Below are positions 1-11,481 of a DNA stretch of 64,000 nt, in pieces. The notes under the pieces are model-generated. The model worked only from the letters and a program-made list of their open reading frames with translations, did no database searches and had not been told where the DNA came from. The stretch's first letter is position 1. The number at the start of each line of letters is the position of its first letter. Origin of the DNA: Salisapilia sapeloensis CBS 127946. Taxonomy: Eukaryota; Protista; Oomycota. The translations under genes and the position numbers were made by a program. Location of the stretch: NCBI GenBank assembly GCA_023334545.1, contig JAADVB010000008.1, positions 62,001 through 126,000 of the forward strand, read 5' to 3'.

Positions 1-980
1 CCCTTCCTCCGGTCGGACAAACGACGTCAAGGGCTTTTTCGAGGGAATGTTCATCGGTTTCGAGACGGTGTATGGTTCCGGTGAGCCTTCTGTCATGGTC
101 GGAGTTGACTGTCGTCGCACTGGACCTTCCGAGTGCTCTTCAGTCGTAGGTTCGAGCGGAGGAGAGGGAGGAATATAGTCCTGAATGATCTGATTCGCTG
201 CCAAGACACCTTGAGATTGTTCAAAGAAAGCTTTTTGGCAGTTTTCCCTGTATAAAGCTGTGACGGTGAGGTATCCAAAGGGTGTGGCGATGGGTAGTAG
301 CCTGTATTTGTTGATCTGAGCCTCCTGGTCGAAGCTTGAGTCGTCTGAGATCGAGTAAGCGAGTGTGTAGTTTTCTTTGTAAAGATGGTGAGCAGGCATT
401 TGACGAAGGAAAGAATGAACGACTCGTAAGAGGACGCCGATACGTTTGCACACATCTTTTAGTTGAGAAATCACGTCTGTGGATGAATGAGTTGTCGGTG
501 CGTCGGACGTGTAGTGCACTTGCCATTGTTCCAGCAGCATTGGTGGACTCGCCGTTGTTGAAATGGATACTGTCAGTGGCCGATGGACGTCATCTCGATA
601 CGAAGATAGAATGTCTCGGACAGAAGTCAGCTCTTCAATGTCCAGACTGAACTATTTTCATACATCAGAACGTCAGTGGGATGCTAGTGACTATATATGT
701 AAAGGAAGAGGTACCCTTGCTCGTCGATGGGACTTGCGTTGATTCTGATCGACAGAGGAAGGAACTCTGGATTGGACAATCAGCTCTGCTATTTTGTAGA
801 GGAATTCAAGTACGACCTGCTCCGTCTTGACTCGACCGGCTACATGCAAGCAGCAGCAAAGACAAAGTCAGTAACAACGTGATGGGCACAGTGGATACAC
901 TGGAGGTTATAGATACATTCATACTACATACCTGCAGAAGAAGTGGATCGAGGGACTCGTCGTGGCGTAGTGGATTCCAT
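1..980 (-). CDS. ATG13: Autophagy-related protein 13 (N-terminal HORMA domain); 3' end runs off the window
   Basis: Absent from the ORF track; reconstructed by hand. ATG at 980, GT-AG introns 931-840 and 714-652. Translation MESTTPRR...EQVVLEFLYKIAELIVQSRV...FSLDIEE...LLEQWQVHY...LLRVVHSFLRQMPAH...LLPIATPFGYLTVTALYR matches Atg13 HORMA motifs and is followed by an S/P/T-rich region. Confidence 0.8.
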
Positions 981-1123
981 CGATCTCGTACTCGTCTTCT
1001 TTCTGCTCTTTTTCCGCTTCGCATGCAAATCGGTGTCTTTACCATTCTCCGGCAGGATTGCACAAACAGCACATATTTAGACGGTATGTGACTAGAGGTA
1101 CCGAAGAATAAGATCTGAATGTA

Positions 1124-1135
1124 TTTGATTGGATG
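1124..1135. promoter_or_regulatory. CCAAT-box-like element in the ATG13/INTS5 bidirectional promoter
   Basis: TTTGATTGGATG in the 192-bp gap between divergent start codons. Confidence 0.45.
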
Positions 1136-1172
1136 AAATGAACACGAGCACGATAAACACAAAACGAGCAAA

Positions 1173-4100
1173 ATGGAGGATCAGGAGACACCAGCGTCGT
1201 CTTCCGGTCTACCAGAATCACGACAACGGTCTGGTCTTTCATCTATACTCTCAGATGCTCCCGATGTTGATATGAGAGGTTCTAGCCCGAGAAGAAAGAG
1301 TCGAACGGGTATCTCAGGCATTATGAATTCCCCTACGGCAGACGATGATGTCGATTCGGATAGTAAAATGGATACTATACCTGATGAACGCATGGTGTAT
1401 GAGGAAATGAAAGAGGATGATGATGAAGAAGGAGAAGTGAATGATCTTCGACGAGACTTACTTGCTTCGATCCAAGCGTACGCCAAGGCAGATAATAAAC
1501 CACCGTCGAAACGCCAGAAGAAGGGAAAGCAAAAACCAAAAGCAAAAGCTCAGCTCTCAGGTATACCTAATGGTAGTGCTAAATCATAATGAGGCTGACA
1601 AGTATAATAGGAGAAGCTGCTTTGGAAGAGATACAAACAAAGTTTCGTCGTCTGCAGAAGCTGATCGAGGCATCCGCTGCATCTCCACCTACCATCCAGG
1701 AGCTTATCGCTTGTTGTCTTCGACTGTACGAGCAGATTCAAAAGAATCAAGCACTTCCGTCAGCCGTCCAGTCACATTCGACGATGGCGACTACCAACCA
1801 TGCAAGTGTGAACATTTCTGCCACTGCAGATTATATCTCTACGCACCCCATTTACTCTCTCCTATTCTCCTGCCTCCATTCCTGCTTTGCAAGTTCCTAT
1901 CACGACCAGATACAATTACAGTACGTCCGCCAAATTATCGATTGGTGCTTCACCTCTCGATCGTCGTCTCGATCACTGTGGCCGTTGACAGTGCTTGCCA
2001 CAAGCGAAAGCTTTTCTATCACTCGCATCACCTTTACATCCTTCTTACATGACACGGCAGATGATCGAGTGGATGAGTACATTACGTTCCTAGAAAGTCT
2101 TACGACCGAGCACCAATGCCAGATAACTGATGTCTTCCAAGAGCACTTGGATTTATTAGCATCTCAATCGAGTCCACTCTCCGTCGCTCACTTTGTCCGT
2201 CGATCCATCCTTCTTTTCAATCGATCGGCGCTCATTACACAATCTTGTGACGCAAGCATAGAACGAGTCCTTACACCATCGATCGTCACTGCTCTCATCA
2301 AAAACTTCTCCGTCGACACCACCAACGGCCAAAGTGTTCATGCGCACTCGTCTCTGCAGGATGAAATTCTCCAACTGCTAGAAGCACGAGGCAGTCAGCT
2401 ACGTTTCAGTGCCTTTTATATCCTCACGCTTCTACAGGATCTCTGTCTGAGTCAATCGGTAGTTTATTCATTCTACAATGAGCTCATTCGACGTACACAT
2501 GCCGATCCGACATCCTCCTTCCTAGCTCAAATAGCCAAGTCGCTTCGGTATATCGCTCACCTTACAGTGTCGCTTGCTAGAGAACTGGATGCAAGCTATT
2601 CAGAGGGTCGTAAACAACAGTTAGACATGTGGAAGCCTTGGTTACAGAACTGTCTTTCCCACGGTGCTTTGGATACACTCATCCAGACGGACTTAGTACA
2701 GGCGGAAAGCTCTCTAGAGCTCGAAAACTGTCGTTCGATCCTCTCTCTGATGTTAGCTGTGGCACAGGATGACACACCACATCTTCATGCAGTGTTGTCT
2801 GGATCTTGTAACCCACAAGCACCAAAAAAACATCAACGTCGACTGCTACAGCTTTTGTCTAGTCTCTGGTCGAATGCTACTGTCCCATCACTTGACTCAC
2901 CGACACAAGTAAGCTCTACATCTGTCGTGGAGCAATTATGTCGTGGGAAGACGTGGATACAAGATGAGAGGTTGATGAATGAATGGAAAGAGTCGTCTGG
3001 CGCGAACTTCTTCGGACCACTTTTGCAGCTATGTCTATCAGATGATCCAATTGTCTCCTATCGAGCATTGGACCTATTGCCTACAGCTAATTTCACGACG
3101 CTAGAGCAACCGCAGAGACAGCAACAGTGGCTCATGACTGGCATCTCTGTCTTATTCTATCTTCTTTCATCTCAGCGTCAGCATTTCTTGTCGCCTAGCA
3201 AACCTTTCCACCCGCCCCACCTCGGCCATGTCAAGAAAACGATTACTCGTCTCGTTCGACTGCGTGGTGGCGTCGCTCGATACCCAGCGTCTGTATCGAC
3301 GACCTTTTTCTCGCTCTTCCTGAACACTTTATTCGACATGACGTCACCTACTTCCGTCCCAGCTCACTTTTCTTTCGACAAGGATGAAGCTAAAGTACGA
3401 CTGGAACGAACGAGTACGCCGAAAGTGTCGACTTTACAAACCTCTAAGTCAATGATGTCGGACGCCACGATCACCTATCGGAAACCGATTGACCATGTCT
3501 GGGCACAAGAGCTGGAAGCTGCCAAGCTATGCAGCATGCACGCAAATGACGTTCTGAACCAGCTCTTACTATCCGGCGACGAGCGACTGATTAAGCGAGT
3601 TGTGGACCTTGTCCTGGAGAAGGCGCTACCGTGCTGTGGTCTACCGTCAGATGATAGCTACAAGGAGACGCTACCGAATCGATCGAGCTTTGACATGGAC
3701 TTGCGTATCGAGCACTGGCTCAACCACTATCCATCTTTTTTACCGCTGCTACATTCTCTCGTTCAGGCGTCAGTGTCGTTAAATGCAGCACAGCATACGC
3801 GACTGGTGCCACTGATCAAGTCTTGTCTAGTCGTCCTCATGGGTCATTGGAACAGCGTCAAGGGAGAGCTGGCGTATGAGAACATGGAGGTACCACCGTA
3901 CATGCGTAATGCCCATCAGCTCCACCTCAGCTGCGACTTGATGCGGCTGCTAGCACTGACGAATTGGCTTCCATCCGGTCTCTCGGCACGTACGAGTGAG
4001 CTGCTCCCATTAGTCCGTCCAGGAGACATCCGTGGCATCCTCTTTGCTTGCTGGTACTACCTAAGCGACTATCCTCCTGATAAGCAAAGCGGTAGTTCGA

Positions 4101-4273
4101 ACAACACGCCTTTGTCGACACCCGTGAGTTCACGTCCGTCATCCCCTGCTAATTCTCCTGGGTTGTCTGATAGAGGCTCGTCGTCGATGGAGTTTTACCT
4201 CGTTCCACTACGCAGAGCATTGCATCGGAACATGAGTAAGATCGGAGGACAGTATCCCAAGTTCATGGTTTAA
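1173..4273 (+). CDS. INTS5: Integrator complex subunit 5-like
   Basis: ORFs 1173-1589 and 1589-4273 join in frame through a GT-AG intron at 1561-1610. The C-terminus (DIRGILFACWYYLSDYPP...FYLVPLRRALHRNMSKIG) resembles the conserved INTS5 C-terminal segment. The body is helical. Confidence 0.7.
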
Positions 4274-4425
4274 TACAAGAGATATTCTTTCGAAAAACTA
4301 GTTGAATGCGTCGAAAAGGCTGTACCAAAGTGCATAAATTAGACATTACTCGATCAAGTAGGACGATGGCGAGTGACACGCATCGACTGGAGATCATCAT
4401 CTACTTCTATGGGCATGACAGTGTC

Positions 4426-5417
4426 TTAGCATCGCCATCTCGGTTTCTCCTTGTTGCTCTTTAGACCGGACATGGGAGGTGTCCCTGGCGTCGTATTTAT
4501 CAAGACGCGCATCGGAGCCTCCGTCCACTTGACTTGAGAGTCCGTCAGTGGTTTACTGGATATGAGGTCGTATTCTAATGGAGAAGAGAAGCGGACTGTC
4601 TTGGAGCGTAAGACTGTTGGCAGCCCCTCACGCTGCTGCTTTAATATGCTAATACGATCGATGAGTACGTTTGCAGTTGCCATGATAAGATAGTGTTTTA
4701 CCTCTTTGTAGGAGCATGGACGGGTCCTTCCTTGGGTACGGGCGAGTCAGATTCAAATATCCTCGCCTTCTTCTGCAGATCCGGCATGGGGCTCGTCTCC
4801 ACATCTCCTGTCTGTAGGTTCCCATTCTTCCGCTTGAGTCCAGTCGATCGGCCATTAAGAGACGATCGACGGTTCTTATCTGGTAAAATATTCTCCTTCC
4901 CATTCTCGACGCTCGACATGATTTCCTCCAACTTGCGTTTCTTGGATCCAGGTGGACTCTCGCGTTTCTTAGGTGTCAAGGACTTTCGAGCATCGATATC
5001 TGGAGACCTCCGCCTCTGCTCCAAGCTACGATAACTCTCCAACTGTCGTTCATACTTTTTACACAACTCGACTTTACTGTCGAGTTTATCCTGCAGTCGC
5101 TTTAGCTGCGCTGCTTGCGTCGCAATGACATCATTCAAACGCGCTGTCTCGGACTTGGTGGAGGAGCTTTGCCAGGAAAAGGTACTTTCCGCCGCAACTC
5201 GAAGCTGTCGTTCGTGCTGCAACTGATGCGTAGAAGCCTTCTCCTTTCGTTGAATCGACTGCAAGGCTGATAAGAGGTCTAGACCAAGCGCATGGAAATC
5301 GTGGCTACAGATCTGAAAAGACCTGGCCACATCTTGCTTGAGTCGATCTAAATCGCTTCGAAGAGCTTGTGTGACGGATGCTACCCCATTGTCGACGTCC
5401 GTCATCCTCTCTTCCAT
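4426..5417 (-). CDS. Hypothetical coiled-coil protein with SILK and RVxF (PP1-docking-like) motifs and many S/T-P sites
   Basis: ORFs 4698-5417 and 4426-4683 join through intron 4701-4649. N-terminal heptad-rich region, basic low-complexity middle, then SILK...KTVRF. Confidence 0.65.
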
Positions 5418-5529
5418 ATCTTCCGATCTAGTCTAAAGGCACACAAGTGGATACTAGTCGACCACGTCGTGTCGGCCGTACTTTCGTGCGCTTTCGTGTC
5501 TCCAATTGGGCGGGAAATTGGGTGAGTAA

Positions 5530-5539
5530 TGATTGGTAG
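5530..5539. promoter_or_regulatory. CCAAT-box-like element in a bidirectional promoter
   Basis: TGATTGGTAG between the divergent starts at 5417 and 5641. Confidence 0.4.
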
Positions 5540-5640
5540 AAATGTATTTAAAATGTCCAATAAACACTTTTAAAATTGCGACCCATCACCTTTACACCGG
5601 TAGCTCATCTTCGATCGGAAGCACCACTTTTCAACATTGT

Positions 5641-7074
5641 ATGGGTGACCCAAGCTGGCGACTGCTCTTCCTCGTCACTCTCACAAGTTGCTCACTCACG
5701 GCTGCATCCATTTTGGTATTTCTCGCAGCGACAAAGCACAAGAAGCCACGGAAACGGACGTTTACTCGACACGCATCTGATACTGACTCGGAGGACCAAG
5801 ACTACACCATGTCAAGCAATAAAGGTACGTCTCTCCCTCCTCTATACCTTCCTGCAATGTCTAACGAGGTGCTTGTCCATTGTCTAGTGTACTTGAACAA
5901 CCCATCCATCTACTTTGACTATCACGTCGGGAAAGACGGAGCGGATGAATTTGAAGATGTGAAGATCGTTGCCAAAGAGATCTGCTCTCAATGGTAGAAT
6001 CCATTTACTTGTGACTAATGCCGATATACTCATACTTGCAATAGGAAGGACGCGACGGATGATGACATTGCAGTTAAAATCGTATGTGGCGGTATTACCA
6101 ACCGACTCTATCGTCTTCAATATCAAGACCATTCCGTTCTCATTCGTATCTACGGCGACAATACGGAAGCCTTTATCGATCGGACCGTCGAGAATAAACT
6201 CTTTGCACTCCTGTCGGAACGTGGATTCGCACCAACGTACTACGGTCGATTCGCCAATGGCCGAATCGAAGGCTGGCTAGACGCTCGTCCTTTAGAACCG
6301 GAAGAAATGGGCATGCAATCGCCCATCAACTTTGTCCATCTGATCGGAAAAGAGCTTGGCATCATGCATGCCATGGATATCCCAGGTGACAAGACCCCAG
6401 TCCTATGGAGTAAACTCCAGCAGTTCATGAACTTGGCGCTGGAGATCCGCTTCGAGGATCCGGTCAAGCAAAAGCGATTGGACGCACTTGACTTGCCGAA
6501 AGTCGAGAAGAAGCTCGCGTGGTTGGAAACGGTTTTGCCGTCGGAATTGAATAACCATGGCCAGAAGCTGCTGGACGAAATGGATGCAGATGAAGTCACG
6601 ACGCAAGCGTTCCAATACGCGTACGACATCGTCTTCTGTCATAACGATGCATTGAGTGGCAACATCCTTCATCACGAGACGTGGGATCGTGTCCAGATCA
6701 TTGACTACGAGTATGGCGGTCACAACTATCGTGCGTTTGACTTTGCGAATCACTTTTGTGAGAACTGTGGCTTTGATTTCGATTTAGGGAATTACCCGTC
6801 GAAAGAAAAGCAATTCGATTTCTTCGTGTCGTACATGCAAAAGGCGTCTCCGTCTCTCTTATCGACGTTGGAAAAGAATCAAGAACGTCAGCTCTTCTTC
6901 TCTGCTCTCCACGTCGTCACGAATCGATTTACCTTGGCTAGCCACTTGTTCTGGGGACTCTGGGCAGTCGTCCAAGCTGGGCATTCGCAAATTGACTTTG
7001 ACTTTCTCGAGTACGCCGAAGCGCGACTCGGGAGCTTTGATCCGCACCAGAAAGACTTCTTTCCTTCGAAATGA
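5641..7074 (+). CDS. Ethanolamine/choline kinase with N-terminal hydrophobic anchor
   Basis: Intron 5994-6044. Motifs GGITNRLY, VLIRIYG, RFANGRIEGW, Brenner motif CHNDALSGNIL, IDYEY...FDFANHFCE, and C-terminal SHLFWGLWAVVQ...IDFDFLEYA. Confidence 0.92.
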
Positions 7075-7102
7075 AAAACAAGATATGCTTGTCATGATGT
7101 AT

Positions 7103-7756
7103 TTAACGCTTACGTTTCGTCTCTCCTGCAGTCTCTTGACTAATGTCGAACTGCGGCAAGTTCTCCAAGGAAGTCGACTCGCTGCTTTTGTGGAACATGC
7201 GACGAATGATCACTTGTGTCTTGTCCGGTACCACGAGCTTTAATTCGACTTTCATCTTCCCACGCTCGTCGATGGTCCGAACGTCCGTCAAATGACCTCG
7301 GCCACCTGATAATTCCGTCTCGGTTCGAATGTGCGTCGGATCACCGTACACCGTGATCAAGTTTCCCTTGACATTCACTTCCTGATTCCAACGCAATGTC
7401 TTGGTCTCGGTGAAGATGCGAGTGTACCGCGTGATGGTAAAGTCGTTCGGAGTTTGATTGATGATGACCATGAGTGCGAGCTTGTCAGCAGCTTGACGGG
7501 CAATGAGGGGCAAACCCATCGCCTCCAAGTAGTCGTTTGTCGAGTCCGACTCATCCTTGTCTAATTCCCATCGACCGGAGAGTTGTAGCGCGCCAGCACC
7601 ACTACTTGACGAGTCCGTCGGCGCACCGAATGCGTTCGTGGACATAGCATTCAAGCCTCGACTAGCGTCTCCCGGTTGCATGCCACCGACGGGCGACCGT
7701 TGAGGGATGGGAATGGAGTTGCCGACTGCATTCGGGTGCATATTCGGTGGGTTCAT
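7103..7756 (-). CDS. Calycin/FABP-like beta-barrel protein with low-complexity N-terminus
   Basis: LSGRWELDKDESDSTNDYLEAMGLPLIARQAADKL resembles the FABP first strand and helix-turn-helix lid, followed by alternating beta-strand patterns to RRMFHK. Start placed at the ATG at 7756. Confidence 0.6.
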   Translation of the reverse strand: MNPPNMHPNAVGNSIPIPQRSPVGGMQPGDASRGLNAMSTNAFGAPTDSSSSGAGALQLSGRWELDKDESDSTNDYLEAMGLPLIARQAADKLALMVIINQTPNDFTITRYTRIFTETKTLRWNQEVNVKGNLITVYGDPTHIRTETELSGGRGHLTDVRTIDERGKMKVELKLVVPDKTQVIIRRMFHKSSESTSLENLPQFDISQETAGETKRKR

Positions 7757-8426
7757 GGCTCTCGGTATTCTCAATAGCCAGGAGCTTCGTCCTCAGAAGT
7801 GCCTACCCAGCTGTCAAACCACTTTACTCGTTTCTAAAATGGATAATTCTGCAGATATGAATATACGGAGGAAATATGCAGAGTTGGGATGGTATGCAGT
7901 GCACGATTAGCTCGACCCATGCTTCAATGGTTCCAGGTACCGTTTCAGTGATACATTTCTCCGATCTTATCGCCGGTTCATGCTGAAGAGATACTCTGAC
8001 TTTCTAAATACCCGCGTGACCCTATACCGATGAAACGTTGGTGACTCTAGAGCTAACTTTGTCGAAACTCATACACAGAAAAAGACGTTACTCCTATGGA
8101 GAGATGGAGCTGTAACTGATGTTCTATCATCGAGAGAATTTGATTTGGGTTGAAAGCATGGATATTGATGCCATAGAGATAATATCAAGATTAGGGTGGA
8201 GAGTAATGTCAGATCTGCAGTCTACTAGCCGCTTATTCCCTTCGTCCTCACAGGTGGTCTTGATTGACATGAGCGCATCAGATACATTTATTTTCTATGC
8301 TGATTGCACCTACTTCCATCCATAAGTTACATGGGATAAGCCGCCGACATGTCTCGCCTTGTAAGCTCCATAATCTTTTAATCACTCGACAGCAGACATC
8401 CATTCGGCTTAACAACTTCATATACG

Positions 8427-10040
8427 ATGCTTGCTTCTCCGCTATGCAAGATCGCTCTTGTAGCTCTCGGTGTCTTCTTGCAATCTCTACCATCTGCGAA
8501 TGCATGGGTTGATCCGATTGTCGCCAAGGGGAACAAATTCTTTAACTCAGAGACCGGTGAAGAGTTTCGTATTAAAGGGATGGCGTACTATCCTCGTCCG
8601 AATGGCGGCGAGTTTGCTGATGTGAGCAACTACGACTGGGCCGCCGATAAGCACGTCGACGTGTGGAAACCTCACCTGGAAGTTCTCAAGGACCTCGGAG
8701 TTAATACAATCCGTCTCTACTCGGTTGATCCAGGTGAGCCGCACGACGAGTTCATGTGTGCTTGCTCCGAAGCAGGCATCTACGTCCTCGTTGGTCTTAC
8801 CGCCACGTACGTCACTATACTATATTTGTCGATCTTGCATTCCTTTGACGAGAGTTTTTAATGGCATGCACAGATGTAAGAACTGCTCTGTTCCGGATGC
8901 GAAGCCTCCCAAGTGCTACCCAGATGAACTATTCACACGAGCCCAAATGGTGTACAATGCTTTCGCCGTCTACGATAACACACTCGTACGTTTCTGTATC
9001 TTCAAGTGTATCTACTTGGCACTCATGTATGACGATCATAGGGCTTTAGCGTTGGAAATGAGAATAACCTTCAGACCAAGTATGGTAAGGACGGTACGAC
9101 CACTGCTCCTTGTGTAAAGGCGTTCTTACGAGACACACGAGAATATGCCAAGAGCTGTGGGCACAGTCTTCGCCAAGTTCCCATCGGTTTGGACATCGCA
9201 GACACTCTCCCACGCAGTCAGTGGATCCAGTACTATGACTGTGAAATTGATGACGACGAGAATACGCGTGCAGAGTGGCAAGGCTTTAACCCGTACGTCG
9301 AATGTGATCCCATTCGACACACCGAGTATGAGGACTCGACTGGTCTCCAGAAGCTCATGAAAGATTATGCTGAAATTGGGGTCTCTCGTCCGATCATGCT
9401 TGGTGAATACGGCTGCATCGAAGGCGAGAACACGGTCGATGGGTTCGCCAATCAGCGATCCTTTCGAGATGCCAAGTGGATGAACACGGAGGAGGAGATG
9501 ACGAATGAAGTTGTGGGTGGAAACGTCTTTGAGTTCACCACGGAAGTCGCGAATTTAGTCACGTCAAAGACATTGACAAAGGAGAAGGATGCAGGCAAGT
9601 ATGGCGTCGGGTACTTCCAACCAGATGACTGCAACCACGACGATATCCCGTGCAAGTTTGTGCCGTACCCAGAATACAAGAACTTACGAGAAGCATATAC
9701 GACAACACCGAACTCTACATTGATGATGAGTGACTTCAAACCGAGTCGGACAGAGACATTGTCTTGTCCAAGTGACATTAGCACCGACCTGCCTTCGACT
9801 CCAGACGTTGAAGAGCTAGCTTGTTCTGTCGCTCAGCCCAAGTGCAATGGTAAGAAGTCCAACGTCTTGGACACATCTTCCGATAGTCTGACATCGGACG
9901 ACACACCGACATCGACAGATGAAGAGGAGAGTGCGAATGAAGAGGATGGAGAGGATGCAGATGTAGAAGAAGACAGCGGATCTAGTCTCGAGAGACTACT
10001 ACTTCCAACTGCCATCTTACTAGGATATTTGACTGCTTAA
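8427..10040 (+). CDS. GH72 beta-1,3-glucanosyltransferase (Gas/Gel-like), secreted and probably GPI-anchored
   Basis: Signal peptide; FRIKGMAYYP; LGVNTIRLYSVDP; introns 8807-8873 and 8986-9041. Both catalytic Glu motifs are present (SVGNE, LGEYGC). Acidic Ser/Thr linker and hydrophobic C-terminal tail. Confidence 0.93.
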
Positions 10041-10068
10041 TTACCATACAAAGGAATCTTTTGTTGCT

Positions 10069-11295
10069 TTAACCGCTGTACTGAATGCCATACTGCTGCA
10101 TGTACTGCATGATGATCTGTCGTTCGTTCGGAGGAAGCATGTTCATCTTGTCTGGCGTCATGTCTTTCGCTAGCTCGGCAATCATCGCCATCTCGTCATT
10201 GTTATCCTCCGTCTTCATGCGCTTCTGAGCATGGTCAGGCGAAGCGGCAGCTCTTTTACGCGGGTCTCGAGCTCGCCTCGGGTCCCGACTGGCTGCTGGG
10301 GCTGGTGCAGGCGTTGGCAGTACGGATGGAGGTGGTTGGGACGGTGGTTGCGCCGATCGACCGCCCCACCTCGATGGTTTGGATGGAGCAGGTGCTGGTT
10401 GCGGAGGTCCATTTCCAGTCGGTGCAGAGCCTAAGATACCTGCGCTCGGAGGAGGTTGTGAAGGGCGGGCGTGAGGTGGAGGCATCTAGACTTGAGATAA
10501 GCTTACGAAGGCACGACTAGAATGATAAACGTACGTTCAGGAGAGGTGGAGCAGCTTGGGAGGGTGCTGGCATGGGGATACGGAGAGCTTTGAAGCACTG
10601 GACAATGGCATGCGTGAGCACTGGGTTTGCTTGCAAGATCGTCTTGGTGTAGTCTGGGTTCTGACGAGCATGTTCCTTCAGATGCATGAGCATGTCGTAG
10701 AGCTTCAACGGTCCAGAGCGATTGATAGCAGACTCGATGGCTCGTAGTAGTCCTTCACCTATTTCGGATGTTATGATGTTGATACAAGGTATGCTGGGGA
10801 GGAAGGTACCTGTGATGCCAGAGTTGGCCTTGTCCATGGAGCTTGTCTTGTCTCCTCCATCAGCAAAATCCACACGGAGGTTCCTGCCATTAATGTCATA
10901 GCCATTCAGATTGCGCATGGCACTTAAGGCTGTGGCGCCATCCGCATATTCACAGAAACCGTAGCCCTTGGGTTTACCAGTTTCTCGATCCGTGACCAAG
11001 CTATATACATGGACATTTTAGCTGTCTCATACTATATATGGTGTGTTCTGGGTATAGTACCGGAAGGTGAGTACTTCTCCTGCCTCGGAGAAGATCTCTT
11101 TGAGCATTTCTTCCGTCACATCGTACGGGATGTTACCGACTAGGAAAGAGGAATAGCGTATAAGTACACAAAATAAACTATATAAAAGGCATGCATGATG
11201 GAGAAAGTTGTAAGTAGGTTTGAGAATGAATTGGAGTGCCTACCGAACACACTGCGCTCCTTTGTCGTCACCTGCCGAGACTTGTTAGCGTTCAT
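10069..11295 (-). CDS. CSTF2: Cleavage stimulation factor 64 kDa subunit (CstF-64/Rna15)
   Basis: Spliced [17 protein letters not shown]...[19 protein letters not shown]...[16 protein letters not shown], a hinge domain ([16 protein letters not shown]), a Pro-rich linker and C-terminal [11 protein letters not shown]. First-exon ATG at 11295. Confidence 0.9.
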
Positions 11296-11481
11296 TTCGC
11301 CTCGAATATATCGTATCGCGCTTCTTGTCCACGGGCAATGTGGTTGCACGAAGGTACACATGTTGCACGTAGGGTATGTTCAAGGGTCGCGGTATCTTGA
11401 AAAGGTGCGGCGATTCCGTCATAAGGCGGTAGATCTTCCTAGCACTCTGTGTACGCATAACTACGATCCAATAAGTCTGCA

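Noticed and set aside
4426-4700. Possible CtIP/Sae2 C-terminal domain
   Set aside because: No CxxC or RHR motif in any spliced frame.
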